Below are positions 8,783 to 17,986 of a DNA stretch of 39,571 nucleotides, piece by piece. The notes below the pieces were generated by a model. It was not told the origin of the DNA. It saw only the letters and a program-made list of their open reading frames with translations, and ran no database searches. Within the stretch, counting starts at the first letter, position 1, and the number at the start of each line of letters is the position of its first letter. The translations under genes were made by a program, and so were the position numbers. This DNA is from a candidate division WOR-3 bacterium (GTDB lineage: Bacteria > Hydrothermota > Tepidihabitantia > Tepidihabitantales > CAIPLT01), in NCBI GenBank assembly GCA_965649215.1, contig CBFGJZ010000002.1, positions 63,555 to 103,125 of the forward strand, written 5' to 3'.

Positions 8783-10372
8783 TTATAATATTTTTAATAT
8801 TTTGAGGGTGATGCTTTTATTTGGCAAATTTAATTTACAGAAATAGAGTCCAGCAGAAAGATTTTTAGAGTCAAGAGTTATAAAATAATTGCCTGCAGGT
8901 TTGTGTTCATCAGCTAAAATCTTTACTAATCTACCCGAAGCATTATACAGATGGAGTGATACTTTGCCTGCAATGGGTAATGAATAATGAATTGTGGTTT
9001 GTGATGTAAAGGGATTGGGCGATGTGGACAAATTTCCAATATCTAATTTCCAATTTCCAATATCTTGTTCAATACCAGCATAAGGCAGTGGAATAAAATG
9101 GCAGATGACTGGATTTAAAGTTGCTCGACCTTGTGTGATCATTGCAAAGCCAGCAATTGAATCAATGAGATACGAAATGACCAAGGTGTCAGCAAACACA
9201 CCGCCCGCACAGGGAAATCTTTTTGATGTTGTATTGGGAATAGTGATTGATTGTTGGTTGTGCCAGGTTTGACCATTATTAGGTGACTCCGCAATCCAGA
9301 TATCAGCCCGAGTCAGATAAGTAGATGGTTCATAATTGAGTGAATCAAACTGTTCCCAAGTAACATAGAAATGATTGGTAGTTGGCGATTGAACAATGGT
9401 CGGACGGGTTGCGAAAATGGCATTATAACCGACTGGTGCATTTAAAGTTTGTGGTGCATAATGATAAACCAGACTCCATTGTGGATTATTAATTGGGCAA
9501 AAATGCCAGATTGCAGCAGGCACAGTAAAACCCGTATCAGAAACTGAAGTGACAATATGTAAATTGTCTTGATAGTCAAACATTGCAAAGAGACCTGAGA
9601 GATCAAAGCAAGGAGTTATTCCTTGAGCAGGTGGAAATGGCAGTTGGACTGGGGAATCCCAGTTTATGCCCCCATCATTAGATATGCGATAAAATGCTCG
9701 TTCAGGATATGGGTCATTAAGACAACGCCAGACAACTACTACTTTATTTGATATTTTAGAAGCAGCGATGTTATAAGATAAATAATATGGTGGAACATCG
9801 GTACTAATATTAAGCGGTGTTGTCCAATTACACCAAGGTTGAATTCGGGCATACCAGAGAGTATCAATAGTAGTGTCTAACATTATACAATGAATTGCTT
9901 GATTGTGACTAACATTGATTACTGGATTACGATAACTAAGAGGTCCTTGGCAATAAACGAAAGTACCAGCCCCAGGCGATTGGTCTTTAGCACAAGTTAT
10001 TGTTAAACCGCCACTAACACTTTGATGAGTACTGGCAATCGCAACACCCGTAATTGGGTCATAATCAAGATTACCAAAACCGCTGATTTGTGGATAAATA
10101 TTCATACCCACAGGCCAGTGCCATTGGTGAGTTGTAAAGTTATAATAGTTATAACCCTGATTTCTATCAGTACTAGGATTGAAATTACTGGCAACCCATG
10201 AGACATGAATGCCATTACAAACCGAGTCAGTGCGACAACGGGTTGTCATGGGACCACCCATTTGCCAATCATAAGTCGTATAACCTATCACATCTTGTCG
10301 ACCAATTGCTAAAACGATTCCAAGATTACAAACTATAAGATTTAAGATAAGAAATTTAACGATTTTTCCCAT
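8783..10372 (-). CDS. Secreted Asp-box (BNR-like, probable beta-propeller) protein with T9SS-type C-terminal sorting domain; paralog 1 of 3
   Basis: Signal peptide; Asp-box-like ISNDGGINW and SPNNGQTW; C-terminal PNPF...LYNASGRLV...SAGLYFCKL...KILKIL; SD GGAGGT. Confidence 0.8.
   Translation of the reverse strand: MGKIVKFLILNLIVCNLGIVLAIGRQDVIGYTTYDWQMGGPMTTRCRTDSVCNGIHVSWVASNFNPSTDRNQGYNYYNFTTHQWHWPVGMNIYPQISGFGNLDYDPITGVAIASTHQSVSGGLTITCAKDQSPGAGTFVYCQGPLSYRNPVINVSHNQAIHCIMLDTTIDTLWYARIQPWCNWTTPLNISTDVPPYYLSYNIAASKISNKVVVVWRCLNDPYPERAFYRISNDGGINWDSPVQLPFPPAQGITPCFDLSGLFAMFDYQDNLHIVTSVSDTGFTVPAAIWHFCPINNPQWSLVYHYAPQTLNAPVGYNAIFATRPTIVQSPTTNHFYVTWEQFDSLNYEPSTYLTRADIWIAESPNNGQTWHNQQSITIPNTTSKRFPCAGGVFADTLVISYLIDSIAGFAMITQGRATLNPVICHFIPLPYAGIEQDIGNWKLDIGNLSTSPNPFTSQTTIHYSLPIAGKVSLHLYNASGRLVKILADEHKPAGNYFITLDSKNLSAGLYFCKLNLPNKSITLKILKIL
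9033..9067. repeat. Five imperfect 7-bp tandem repeats in the linker before the CTD
   Basis: tttccaa-tatctaa-tttccaa-tttccaa-tatcttg, encoding QDIGNWKLDIGN. Confidence 0.7.
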
Positions 10373-10589
10373 ACTTACCTCCGTACAAAGTTTTTCGAGA
10401 GTAATTCATACTTGCTCCTGTTTTAACCTTACTTTAATATCACATAAATATTTATTTTGTCAAGAGGTAAAAGCATAATTAAGGTCGGGTTAAATTAATA
10501 TAAAAATGTATACTTAAAAGTTTCCTAACTTTAGTAAACTTATATTAACGGTATAAGTCGAAAAACCCTTGTTTTTCGCTCTTTCTCTT

Positions 10590-10617
10590 TAATAACTAAC
10601 AACTAATAACAAATAAC
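10590..10617. repeat. Four imperfect 7-bp tandem repeats, intergenic
   Basis: taataac-taacaac-taataac-aaataac. Confidence 0.6.
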
Positions 10618-10869
10618 TCTGTTCTAAGGGGGAGTGTGGGGTGGGTCGGGTTGGCTTATGGGTTTTTGTTGATATTACTCTTGAATTTTAAAGTGTCGAA
10701 AGAATGCTAATTAAAATCGTGTACAAGCGTATTGTAAAGAGTCAATTATTTAACATGGTTGTAATTCTAAATGAGTTAGTAAATGAAGGCAAGAGTTATA
10801 TTCAGGAAGCAAATTGTAAATTACGAAGCGAGCATAACCAGATAGGAATCGGCGCTGGTTTGTTCAAAT

Positions 10870-12150
10870 TTACATATCAAAATAATAGACAAACTCGAGT
10901 GGATGTGGTGTGTATTGGATTTCTTGATTTTCTTTGAGTTTATTCTGATACCAAAATTCAATTAAATCTTGGGGGAAGATTTTATCACATGTCAAGTATT
11001 CTGAATCTTTTTTGAGTTCTTCCACTGCATTTTGTAATGATGTTGGTAGATAACCCTTTTTGAGTTTGCCTTTATGTCGAATACCATCCAGACCTGCTAA
11101 AAGTAATGCGGCTAAAGCTAAATAAGGATTACAAGTTGCATCGCCAACTCGATATTCAATGGGTAGACGATCTTTAGCATAACCAGGAATTCGAATTGCA
11201 GAGGTACGATCGGCAACACCCATAGACGCATCTTTAGCGGTTTCAAAACCGCCAGTTAACCGTTTATATGAGTTGGTCGTAGGATTAGTAAATGCGGCTA
11301 AACTGGCAAGATGGGATAAAATACCTGCCACATAGTATTCACCAATTTGTGATAATTCTTCTTTATTACCCTTAAAGATTGAATGACCATCTTTTTCAAT
11401 GATATGGTGATAATGCATACCAGAACCATGACGATTTTTTATTGGTTTGGGCATAAAGGTTACATATTTCCCGTGTGTACGAAAGTAGTTTTTTATTATA
11501 TATTTGGCAATGATAATGTTATCCGCGGTCTCAGCCGCATCTTGAAAAGTGGTTTCGATTTCCATCTGCCCGAACTCACCGCCTTCGTGGTGATGATATT
11601 TGACATCAATACCACATTGTTGAAGTAATTTAACTAAACGATTACGATGTTCGGCATAAAGATCGTGGGGCGGGGCAGAATGATAAGAACCAGTTAAAGC
11701 GGCTTCTTTTTCGTCGGACTCGACAGTGACCGTAAGTTTAGTGTTAGTTTGGGTTATTTCAAATTGGGAAAAGACATAAAATTCGAGTTCGGCTAAAAAT
11801 AAGATGTGATCAACCTTTAATTCTTTTTTTACTAAATCGATTGCTTTTTCTAAAATATATCTCGGCTCACGTTCGTAACGGGTTTTGCGGTCGTTGTAGT
11901 AGATACGAGCAAAGATTGAAAGGGTCGAGTCAGTATAAAATGGATCAACGAATGAATGGGCTTGATGCGGAATTAAAACCATATCACTCTTTTCGGTTTT
12001 CTTAAAGCCTTTTAGTGAAGAACTGTCAAAACCAATACCAACTGTCTTTGCAATTTCGTATTTATGATATGGGAAAGTTACATGTCTTAATTTGCCGAGA
12101 ATATCAACATATTTAAGGTCAATAAACTCATAAGGTTTTTGTTTTGGCAT
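10870..12150 (-). CDS. glnA: Glutamine synthetase family protein (type I-like, compact)
   Basis: FDSSS, SDMVL, ELEFY, HHHE, FMPKP, GSGMHYH, NPTTNSYKRL, IRIP and IEYR..D.TCNPYL motifs. Confidence 0.8.
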   Translation of the reverse strand: MPKQKPYEFIDLKYVDILGKLRHVTFPYHKYEIAKTVGIGFDSSSLKGFKKTEKSDMVLIPHQAHSFVDPFYTDSTLSIFARIYYNDRKTRYEREPRYILEKAIDLVKKELKVDHILFLAELEFYVFSQFEITQTNTKLTVTVESDEKEAALTGSYHSAPPHDLYAEHRNRLVKLLQQCGIDVKYHHHEGGEFGQMEIETTFQDAAETADNIIIAKYIIKNYFRTHGKYVTFMPKPIKNRHGSGMHYHHIIEKDGHSIFKGNKEELSQIGEYYVAGILSHLASLAAFTNPTTNSYKRLTGGFETAKDASMGVADRTSAIRIPGYAKDRLPIEYRVGDATCNPYLALAALLLAGLDGIRHKGKLKKGYLPTSLQNAVEELKKDSEYLTCDKIFPQDLIEFWYQNKLKENQEIQYTPHPLEFVYYFDM

Positions 12151-12158
12151 AGAAGAAC

Positions 12159-12187
12159 ATTATCATATAGTATTTATAAAAAGTCAA
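12159..12187 (-). promoter_or_regulatory. Promoter for the glnA-like gene
   Basis: Minus strand TTGACT-17 nt-GATAAT, 8 nt before the ATG, no SD. Confidence 0.5.
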
Positions 12188-12209
12188 GCCCCCAACAGGG
12201 GGCTTGATT
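12182..12209 (-). terminator. Intrinsic terminator after the small OMP gene
   Basis: TCAAGCCCCC-loop-GGGGGCTTGA stem followed by CTTTTT on the minus strand. Confidence 0.75.
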
Positions 12210-12232
12210 GTAATATATGTGGTGTTTACTTA

Positions 12233-12709
12233 TTATTTTATGCGGATGCCGCCTTTTAGGGTGACCGCATTGTGTAAGTCAGATCGATTTGAGTCATATA
12301 AATCAAGAATTGCTTCGACAAAGGGATAAAAGCGTGCTTCGTTGAGTTTAAATTCGAGTCCGCCGCCAGCTCTTAAAGCCCACTCCGTATAACCACCACC
12401 AGTGGAAAAGTTAATACCACCTATTGCATACGGATTAAATGTTTCCGATGGGAAAAACATTAAAAGGTCAACTGGTGTTAGAGTTCCGGCGTCAATGTAT
12501 ATATCTCCGCCTTCAAAGCATATCTTGGCGATTTGTCCGCGAATATACAAATTATTAATGACTTTAACCAGAGCGCTGCCATTGATAAAAAGATGATTAT
12601 TGTTGCTCTGCAAAACAAATCCAGCACCAGCTTCAACGCCCACTGGCCAATCCGCATAACTTAATGAAATAACACTGAGTAATGTTAATACTACTAATAT
12701 CCTTTTCAT
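12233..12709 (-). CDS. Small outer-membrane beta-barrel-like protein
   Basis: Signal peptide ending SYA; alternating Gly/aromatic beta-strands (NPYAIGGINF, LRAGGGLEF, YPFVE); SD AGGAGG. Confidence 0.65.
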   Translation of the reverse strand: MKRILVVLTLLSVISLSYADWPVGVEAGAGFVLQSNNNHLFINGSALVKVINNLYIRGQIAKICFEGGDIYIDAGTLTPVDLLMFFPSETFNPYAIGGINFSTGGGYTEWALRAGGGLEFKLNEARFYPFVEAILDLYDSNRSDLHNAVTLKGGIRIK

Positions 12710-12838
12710 GTTTCCTCCTTCTACTTAGATTACTTTCAGTATTTTTTTATAATTTCCATCACCAACTTTCTCTTAACAATTGCATTATGATTAGAAATAT
12801 TCTTTTTGTCAAGATTTTTTTTGTAATTGTAGTTAATC

Positions 12839-12866
12839 TTGACTTATTGATTGAAAGAGGTATAAT
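12839..12866 (+). promoter_or_regulatory. Promoter for the C25 peptidase gene
   Basis: TTGACT-16 nt-TATAAT. Divergent from a minus-strand TTGACA-17 nt-CATAAT at 12784-12812. Confidence 0.65.
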
Positions 12867-12927
12867 TTTTTATTATTAAGGGTTTTATTTTTTTAGCTAT
12901 TAAAGAAAAATCCTCGAGGGGGATTCA

Positions 12928-15900
12928 ATGAAAAAATATATTTGTTTTTTGTTGTTTATCATATCAATATCATTTGCAGGTAGCATTACACAAACTTTTA
13001 ATTTTCAAGAAACCGATTTATCTTTTAGTACTTATCAAGATTATGTAATACCGCATTTAGCTAATGTGGGATATAATCACGAAGTTGGCAATCCTTATCT
13101 ACCGATGGGAGTGTATTATGTGTTAGTGCCAAACGATGCAGAGGTGACATCAATTACTATTGAAAATATTACAAGCAAAGAGATTGCTGGCGAATATAAT
13201 GTAATGCCTACTCCCCAGTCTCAACCACTTTCGTTAATAAAACAAGCGATTGTTGAAGCGAATCCTATTATCTATGCACAAAACACCCCTTATCCATCGG
13301 AATTAGTTAAATATTATTCAACAACAACCAAGAGCGGTTATCGGCTTGCAGGATTTGTCTTATATCCGTTAAGTTATATCCCAACCGAAAAAAAACTGAT
13401 TTTACATACAACCATCACCGTGAAGATAAATTATGAGCAAGGTAAAGTATCACCGATAAACTTAACCACCCGTCAAAGAGAAGTTTTTGAAAAAGAGATA
13501 CGGTCAATTGTGCTTAATCCACAAGATATAAGGAGATTTGCACCATCGTTACATCATCCTGACAATGAATGTAATTATTTAATTATTACTACAGAACCAT
13601 ATGTAGCCAACTTCCAACCTTTAGCTGAATGGCGTAGTCAAATGGGTTGGCGAACCGAAATTGTGACTGTGAATAGTCTCACGGCGACTTATCCTGGTCG
13701 AGATGTTCAAGAGAAAATTCGCAACGGGATTATTAATTATTTTCAAAATCGGGGATTAATTTTTGTCATTCTCGGTGGGGATACACCACTTCTGCCACCA
13801 AGAATTGCACGCGTCGTGGCAAGTAGTTATACAGGCAATATTCCGTGTGATTTATATTTTTCTGATTTGGATGGTACTTGGGATGCTAATGGTAATAGTA
13901 TTTTTGGCGAGGTGCCAGGCGATCAAGTTGATATGAATCCAGATATTTATGTTGGCCGAGCATCAATTGATAATGAGACTGAAGCTAATACATTTGTGAA
14001 CAAGATTTTATTTTATGAAAAAACACCGAGTACGGACTATTTAAAAAGAATTCTTTTACCATCAGTAATGTTATTTTCTCAATATAATTATCACGGGCGA
14101 GTCGTAAATGATTCGATTGCTTTAATCACACCACTTACTTGGACTGACCGCCATTTAATTGATCCCCCGAGCACAACACCAATGCGAGAATCATTAAACA
14201 GCGGTTTTCATTTCTGTCATCCGGCTGCCCATGGTAGTGAAGTTGGTTATTATACTCAATCGAGTCAAGCTATTTATTTAACAAGTGATGCTTATGCCCA
14301 GACTAACAGTAGCCGATTATACATACTAAACTCGATTGCTTGTAATTCAGGTGATTTTGGATATTCTAGCGAATGTTTAGCAGAAGCGATGATGAATAAT
14401 CCAAATGGGGGTGCAGTGGCAACAATACAGAATTCTCGTTATGGCTGGGGAAGTCCGCCTGGATTAGGCCCCTCTGAAGCAATTGATGTTAGATTTTATG
14501 ACTTTCTGTTTAATCGGGACTCTTTTGTAATTGGTGTTGCTCACGCACGGAGTAAAGCATTATTTACTGCCCAAGCTAACGCTGACCCAGTTACTCGTTG
14601 GTGTGTTTACGAGTTAAATCTGTTTGGCGACCCAGCAATGCCAATGTGGACTGATGTTCCGCAACAGATAACTGCTCAATTTCCTCAGGTTGTACCATTA
14701 GGACCAACTAATTTATCAATTCAAGTTTCCCGCATATTGGGTGGTCCAGTTAGCCGCGCTTTGGTTTCTGTTCAAAAAGGTAGTGAAGTGTTTGCCCGGG
14801 GTTATACAGATAATAACGGATTTGTTAATCTTTTAATTCAACCAATGACACCAGGTCGTTTATATATTACTATTACCGCGCATAATTGTTATCCTTATCA
14901 AGATAGTGCTATGGTTCAGTCCAATGGTGCTTATGTTACTTATCTTCGCGCTTTTATGAATGATAGCGCGCGCGGTAATGGTGATGGTATTCCTAATCCA
15001 GGAGAAGGCATTAATATGCAGACCTGGGTTAAAAACTGGGGTACTTTGACTGCCTTAAATGTAATTGGTCATTTACGAACAAATCACACTGCTTTGCAAA
15101 TTTCCGATTCAATCAAATCTTTTGGAACGATTTTAGCAAATGATTCTGCTTATACGGGCATTAATGGTTTTGAGTTTACAATTGCACCAACTTGTACTAA
15201 CGGACAGAATTTAATGATGCAACTTTATTGTCATGATGCCTTGGATTCAAGTTGGATTTCAAATGTGTTTGTCCGAGTTGGGACCCCGGTTTTAACTTTT
15301 CATAGTAAATCAATTTATGACCCACCACCAGCTAATAATAATAGCCGACTTGATCCCGGCGAAATTGCTGATTTAATTGTAACTCTACGCAATCAAGGAT
15401 ATGGTAATGGTTACAATGTAATGGGATATTTAAGAAGTTATGATAGTCGATTAGTGGTATTGGATTCGGTAGGACAGTTTGGCACAATTATGTTTGAGAC
15501 AACTGGAATGAACGCAACAGACCGATTTACTTTACAAGCTGCATCAACGATTACACCGGGCACTCAGATCTTATGTTCCTTAAGAGTTTGCGCAGATGGT
15601 AATTATGAAAAGACAGTTGGTTTTACAATTAATGTCGGTGAGTTTCGAACTATTGATCCGATTCCTGATGGACCACGAACACCAGTGCGATATTGGGCAT
15701 ATGATGATATTGACTCACTTTATAGCCAAAGACCAGTTTATAATTGGGTCGAAATAAAGAATATTGGTACGCGGATCACTTATACTCATAATGATCAGGT
15801 AAGAAAAGTACCATTACCAGCAGGCTTTACTTTGCGTTATTATGGTCAACGGTATGATACAATTAGTGTTAGTGTTGATGGGTTTATTCGATTGGGAGCG

Positions 15901-16641
15901 GATACAACCAGAGATTATACAAACAGCGGTATTCCTGATCCTGATGGTCCAGCACCGATGATTGCAGTAAAATGGGATGATTTTCGAGAATCAGCGACAG
16001 GTGGTTCGGGTGCAATCTACTATTATCATAATCAGTTAAATAATACCTTCATTGTTGAATGGGACAGTGTCTCTTATTATAATGCGACAACCACAAGAGA
16101 TAAGTTTCAAATTATTTTCTATGATTCTACTTATACAACTCCAACTGGTGATAATATCTTTATCTTGCAGTATATGACTGCTAACCTAAACAATAGTTGT
16201 ACAGTTGGTATTGAGGATCCTACTGAAACGATCGGTATTCAGTATGTATTTGATGGTGTGTATCATCCTGCTGCAGCCGGATTAGTGAACAATCGAGCGA
16301 TTAAATTCACAACCATTGATGCGATCAATAGTATCGTCGAAAATCATGTTGAGAAGATTGGACAAGCTCAACTCTTCTTTACTAATACACCAAATCCTTT
16401 CCAACAACAGACCTATATTAACTACACAATAAATAAACCCGCACAGGTTACTCTGGAAATTTTCGATGCGTGTGGTCGAGTAATTAGAACCTTAGTGAAT
16501 GGTTTACAAGAGGCTGGTAATTATTATCTTAGTTGGAATGGTCACGATGAGCATAACAATAAGGTAGCTCAAGGTGTTTATTTCTGTCGTCTTAAAACTG
16601 ATGATAATACTATTATTCGCAAGTTCACAATTATTAAATAA
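12928..16641 (+). CDS. C25 (gingipain-family) cysteine peptidase with propeptide, Ig-like repeats and T9SS/FlgD-type CTD
   Basis: Signal peptide; YLIIT, VILGGD, CDLYFSDLDG and DIYVGR motifs; putative dyad AAHGS / SIACNSG; LNLFGDP; repeated GDG.PNPGE / NNSRLDPGE units; C-terminal PNPF...WNGHD...GVYFCRL...KFTIIK. Confidence 0.9.
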   Translation: MKKYICFLLFIISISFAGSITQTFNFQETDLSFSTYQDYVIPHLANVGYNHEVGNPYLPMGVYYVLVPNDAEVTSITIENITSKEIAGEYNVMPTPQSQPLSLIKQAIVEANPIIYAQNTPYPSELVKYYSTTTKSGYRLAGFVLYPLSYIPTEKKLILHTTITVKINYEQGKVSPINLTTRQREVFEKEIRSIVLNPQDIRRFAPSLHHPDNECNYLIITTEPYVANFQPLAEWRSQMGWRTEIVTVNSLTATYPGRDVQEKIRNGIINYFQNRGLIFVILGGDTPLLPPRIARVVASSYTGNIPCDLYFSDLDGTWDANGNSIFGEVPGDQVDMNPDIYVGRASIDNETEANTFVNKILFYEKTPSTDYLKRILLPSVMLFSQYNYHGRVVNDSIALITPLTWTDRHLIDPPSTTPMRESLNSGFHFCHPAAHGSEVGYYTQSSQAIYLTSDAYAQTNSSRLYILNSIACNSGDFGYSSECLAEAMMNNPNGGAVATIQNSRYGWGSPPGLGPSEAIDVRFYDFLFNRDSFVIGVAHARSKALFTAQANADPVTRWCVYELNLFGDPAMPMWTDVPQQITAQFPQVVPLGPTNLSIQVSRILGGPVSRALVSVQKGSEVFARGYTDNNGFVNLLIQPMTPGRLYITITAHNCYPYQDSAMVQSNGAYVTYLRAFMNDSARGNGDGIPNPGEGINMQTWVKNWGTLTALNVIGHLRTNHTALQISDSIKSFGTILANDSAYTGINGFEFTIAPTCTNGQNLMMQLYCHDALDSSWISNVFVRVGTPVLTFHSKSIYDPPPANNNSRLDPGEIADLIVTLRNQGYGNGYNVMGYLRSYDSRLVVLDSVGQFGTIMFETTGMNATDRFTLQAASTITPGTQILCSLRVCADGNYEKTVGFTINVGEFRTIDPIPDGPRTPVRYWAYDDIDSLYSQRPVYNWVEIKNIGTRITYTHNDQVRKVPLPAGFTLRYYGQRYDTISVSVDGFIRLGADTTRDYTNSGIPDPDGPAPMIAVKWDDFRESATGGSGAIYYYHNQLNNTFIVEWDSVSYYNATTTRDKFQIIFYDSTYTTPTGDNIFILQYMTANLNNSCTVGIEDPTETIGIQYVFDGVYHPAAAGLVNNRAIKFTTIDAINSIVENHVEKIGQAQLFFTNTPNPFQQQTYINYTINKPAQVTLEIFDACGRVIRTLVNGLQEAGNYYLSWNGHDEHNNKVAQGVYFCRLKTDDNTIIRKFTIIK

Positions 16642-16647
16642 AAAAAT

Positions 16648-16677
16648 AAAAGGGAGCTTTTTAGAGCTCCCTTTTTT
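16648..16677. terminator. Bidirectional intrinsic terminator
   Basis: AAAAGGGAGCT-loop-AGCTCCCTTTTTT between convergent genes. Confidence 0.85.
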
Positions 16678-16694
16678 ATAATTAGTCTGTTTTG

Positions 16695-17918
16695 TTATTT
16701 TTCTAATAGGTTTTTAATGCGTCGAATTGCTTCGTTAATGTTTTCAATTGAATTGGCATACGAGAAACGAAGATAGCCTTCACCATAAGAGCCAAAACAA
16801 GTTCCTGAAAGACATGCCACTCCAGCTTCGTGTAAGATTTTGTTTGCAAGTTCCCGGCAGTCATAACCAGTTTTGCGAATGTTTGCAAACGCATAAAATG
16901 CTCCATCTGGCTTACGACAACTAAAGCCCTTTATTGAGTTTAAACCATCCACAATAACATCGCGTCGTCTATGAAATTCTTGCACCATTTTATTGGGTGC
17001 CTCTTGACTTCCTGCCAATGCTTCAATACAAGCAATTTGTACAAAAGTAGTTGTACAAGAACTAATATTAGTATGGACACGGGATAATTCTTGAGCTAAT
17101 TCAGGATGCATAATTCCATAACCAGCACGCCAACCAGTCATGGCGTATATTTTAGAATAACCATCAAGGATTATAAGACGATCTTTATTGGCTAAAAATT
17201 TGCCGATGGTTTCAAATTTTACACCATAAGTAATCCGAGAATAGATTTCGTCGGTGAGTACCCATAAGTTTTCATATGGTTCAAGAATTTTTGCCATCTC
17301 TTTTAAATAGTCAGCGCTAAAGACGCAACCACATGGATTATGGGGCGTATTGATAATAAGCATCCGAGTTTTCTTGTTGAGCTTCTTTTTTAAGTAATCT
17401 AAATCAGGCATAAAGTTATTTTCTTCTAAGAGTGGCAAAGGGATTGGTTTGCCACCCATAAAGTTAATCATCGATTCATAAATTGGATAACCAGGATTGA
17501 CATAGATTACTTCGTCGCCATCATCCACTAATGCCATAATAGCAAAAGACATAATTGGCTTTGCTCCTGGAGTGACGACTACTTGTTCAGGTGTAAACTT
17601 CATGCCGCGGAATTCACCAGCTTTTTCAGCAATGACTTTGCGGAGTTCTGGTAAACCTTGTGCAGGACCATAATGAGTATATCCTTGATCAAGCGCTTTT
17701 TTACAAGCATCCTTGATATTTTGAGGGGTATCAAAATCAGGTTCGCCAATTTCTAAATGGATTATGCTTTTACCTTGGGCTTCTAAATTACGAGCTTTGA
17801 CAAGCATATCAAAGGCAGTTTCTGTACCCATGCGTTTCATACGAGGTGATTCTGGCAAGCCACAAGCTAAAGTACAGCTTTGAATTTTTTTCATTCTTTT
17901 TGATTTTTTTATTGGCAT
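16695..17918 (-). CDS. PLP-dependent aminotransferase class I/II (aspartate aminotransferase-like)
   Basis: IGEPDFDTP, NTPHNP, DEIY, SKIYAMTGWRAGY (PLP Lys), PDGAFY and GYLRFSYA motifs; SD AAGGAG. Confidence 0.93.
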   Translation of the reverse strand: MPIKKSKRMKKIQSCTLACGLPESPRMKRMGTETAFDMLVKARNLEAQGKSIIHLEIGEPDFDTPQNIKDACKKALDQGYTHYGPAQGLPELRKVIAEKAGEFRGMKFTPEQVVVTPGAKPIMSFAIMALVDDGDEVIYVNPGYPIYESMINFMGGKPIPLPLLEENNFMPDLDYLKKKLNKKTRMLIINTPHNPCGCVFSADYLKEMAKILEPYENLWVLTDEIYSRITYGVKFETIGKFLANKDRLIILDGYSKIYAMTGWRAGYGIMHPELAQELSRVHTNISSCTTTFVQIACIEALAGSQEAPNKMVQEFHRRRDVIVDGLNSIKGFSCRKPDGAFYAFANIRKTGYDCRELANKILHEAGVACLSGTCFGSYGEGYLRFSYANSIENINEAIRRIKNLLEK

Positions 17919-17986
17919 AAGACTCCTTTATTAAATAATACAATGAAAACTAAGACAATTAGTTTTAAAATCTAAAGTGTGATTTC

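Noticed and set aside
10704-10937. 77-aa + strand ORF, and possible periodicity in 10620-10860
   Set aside because: No SD or recognisable motif, it overlaps the glnA 3' end, and I could not establish a consistent repeat period.
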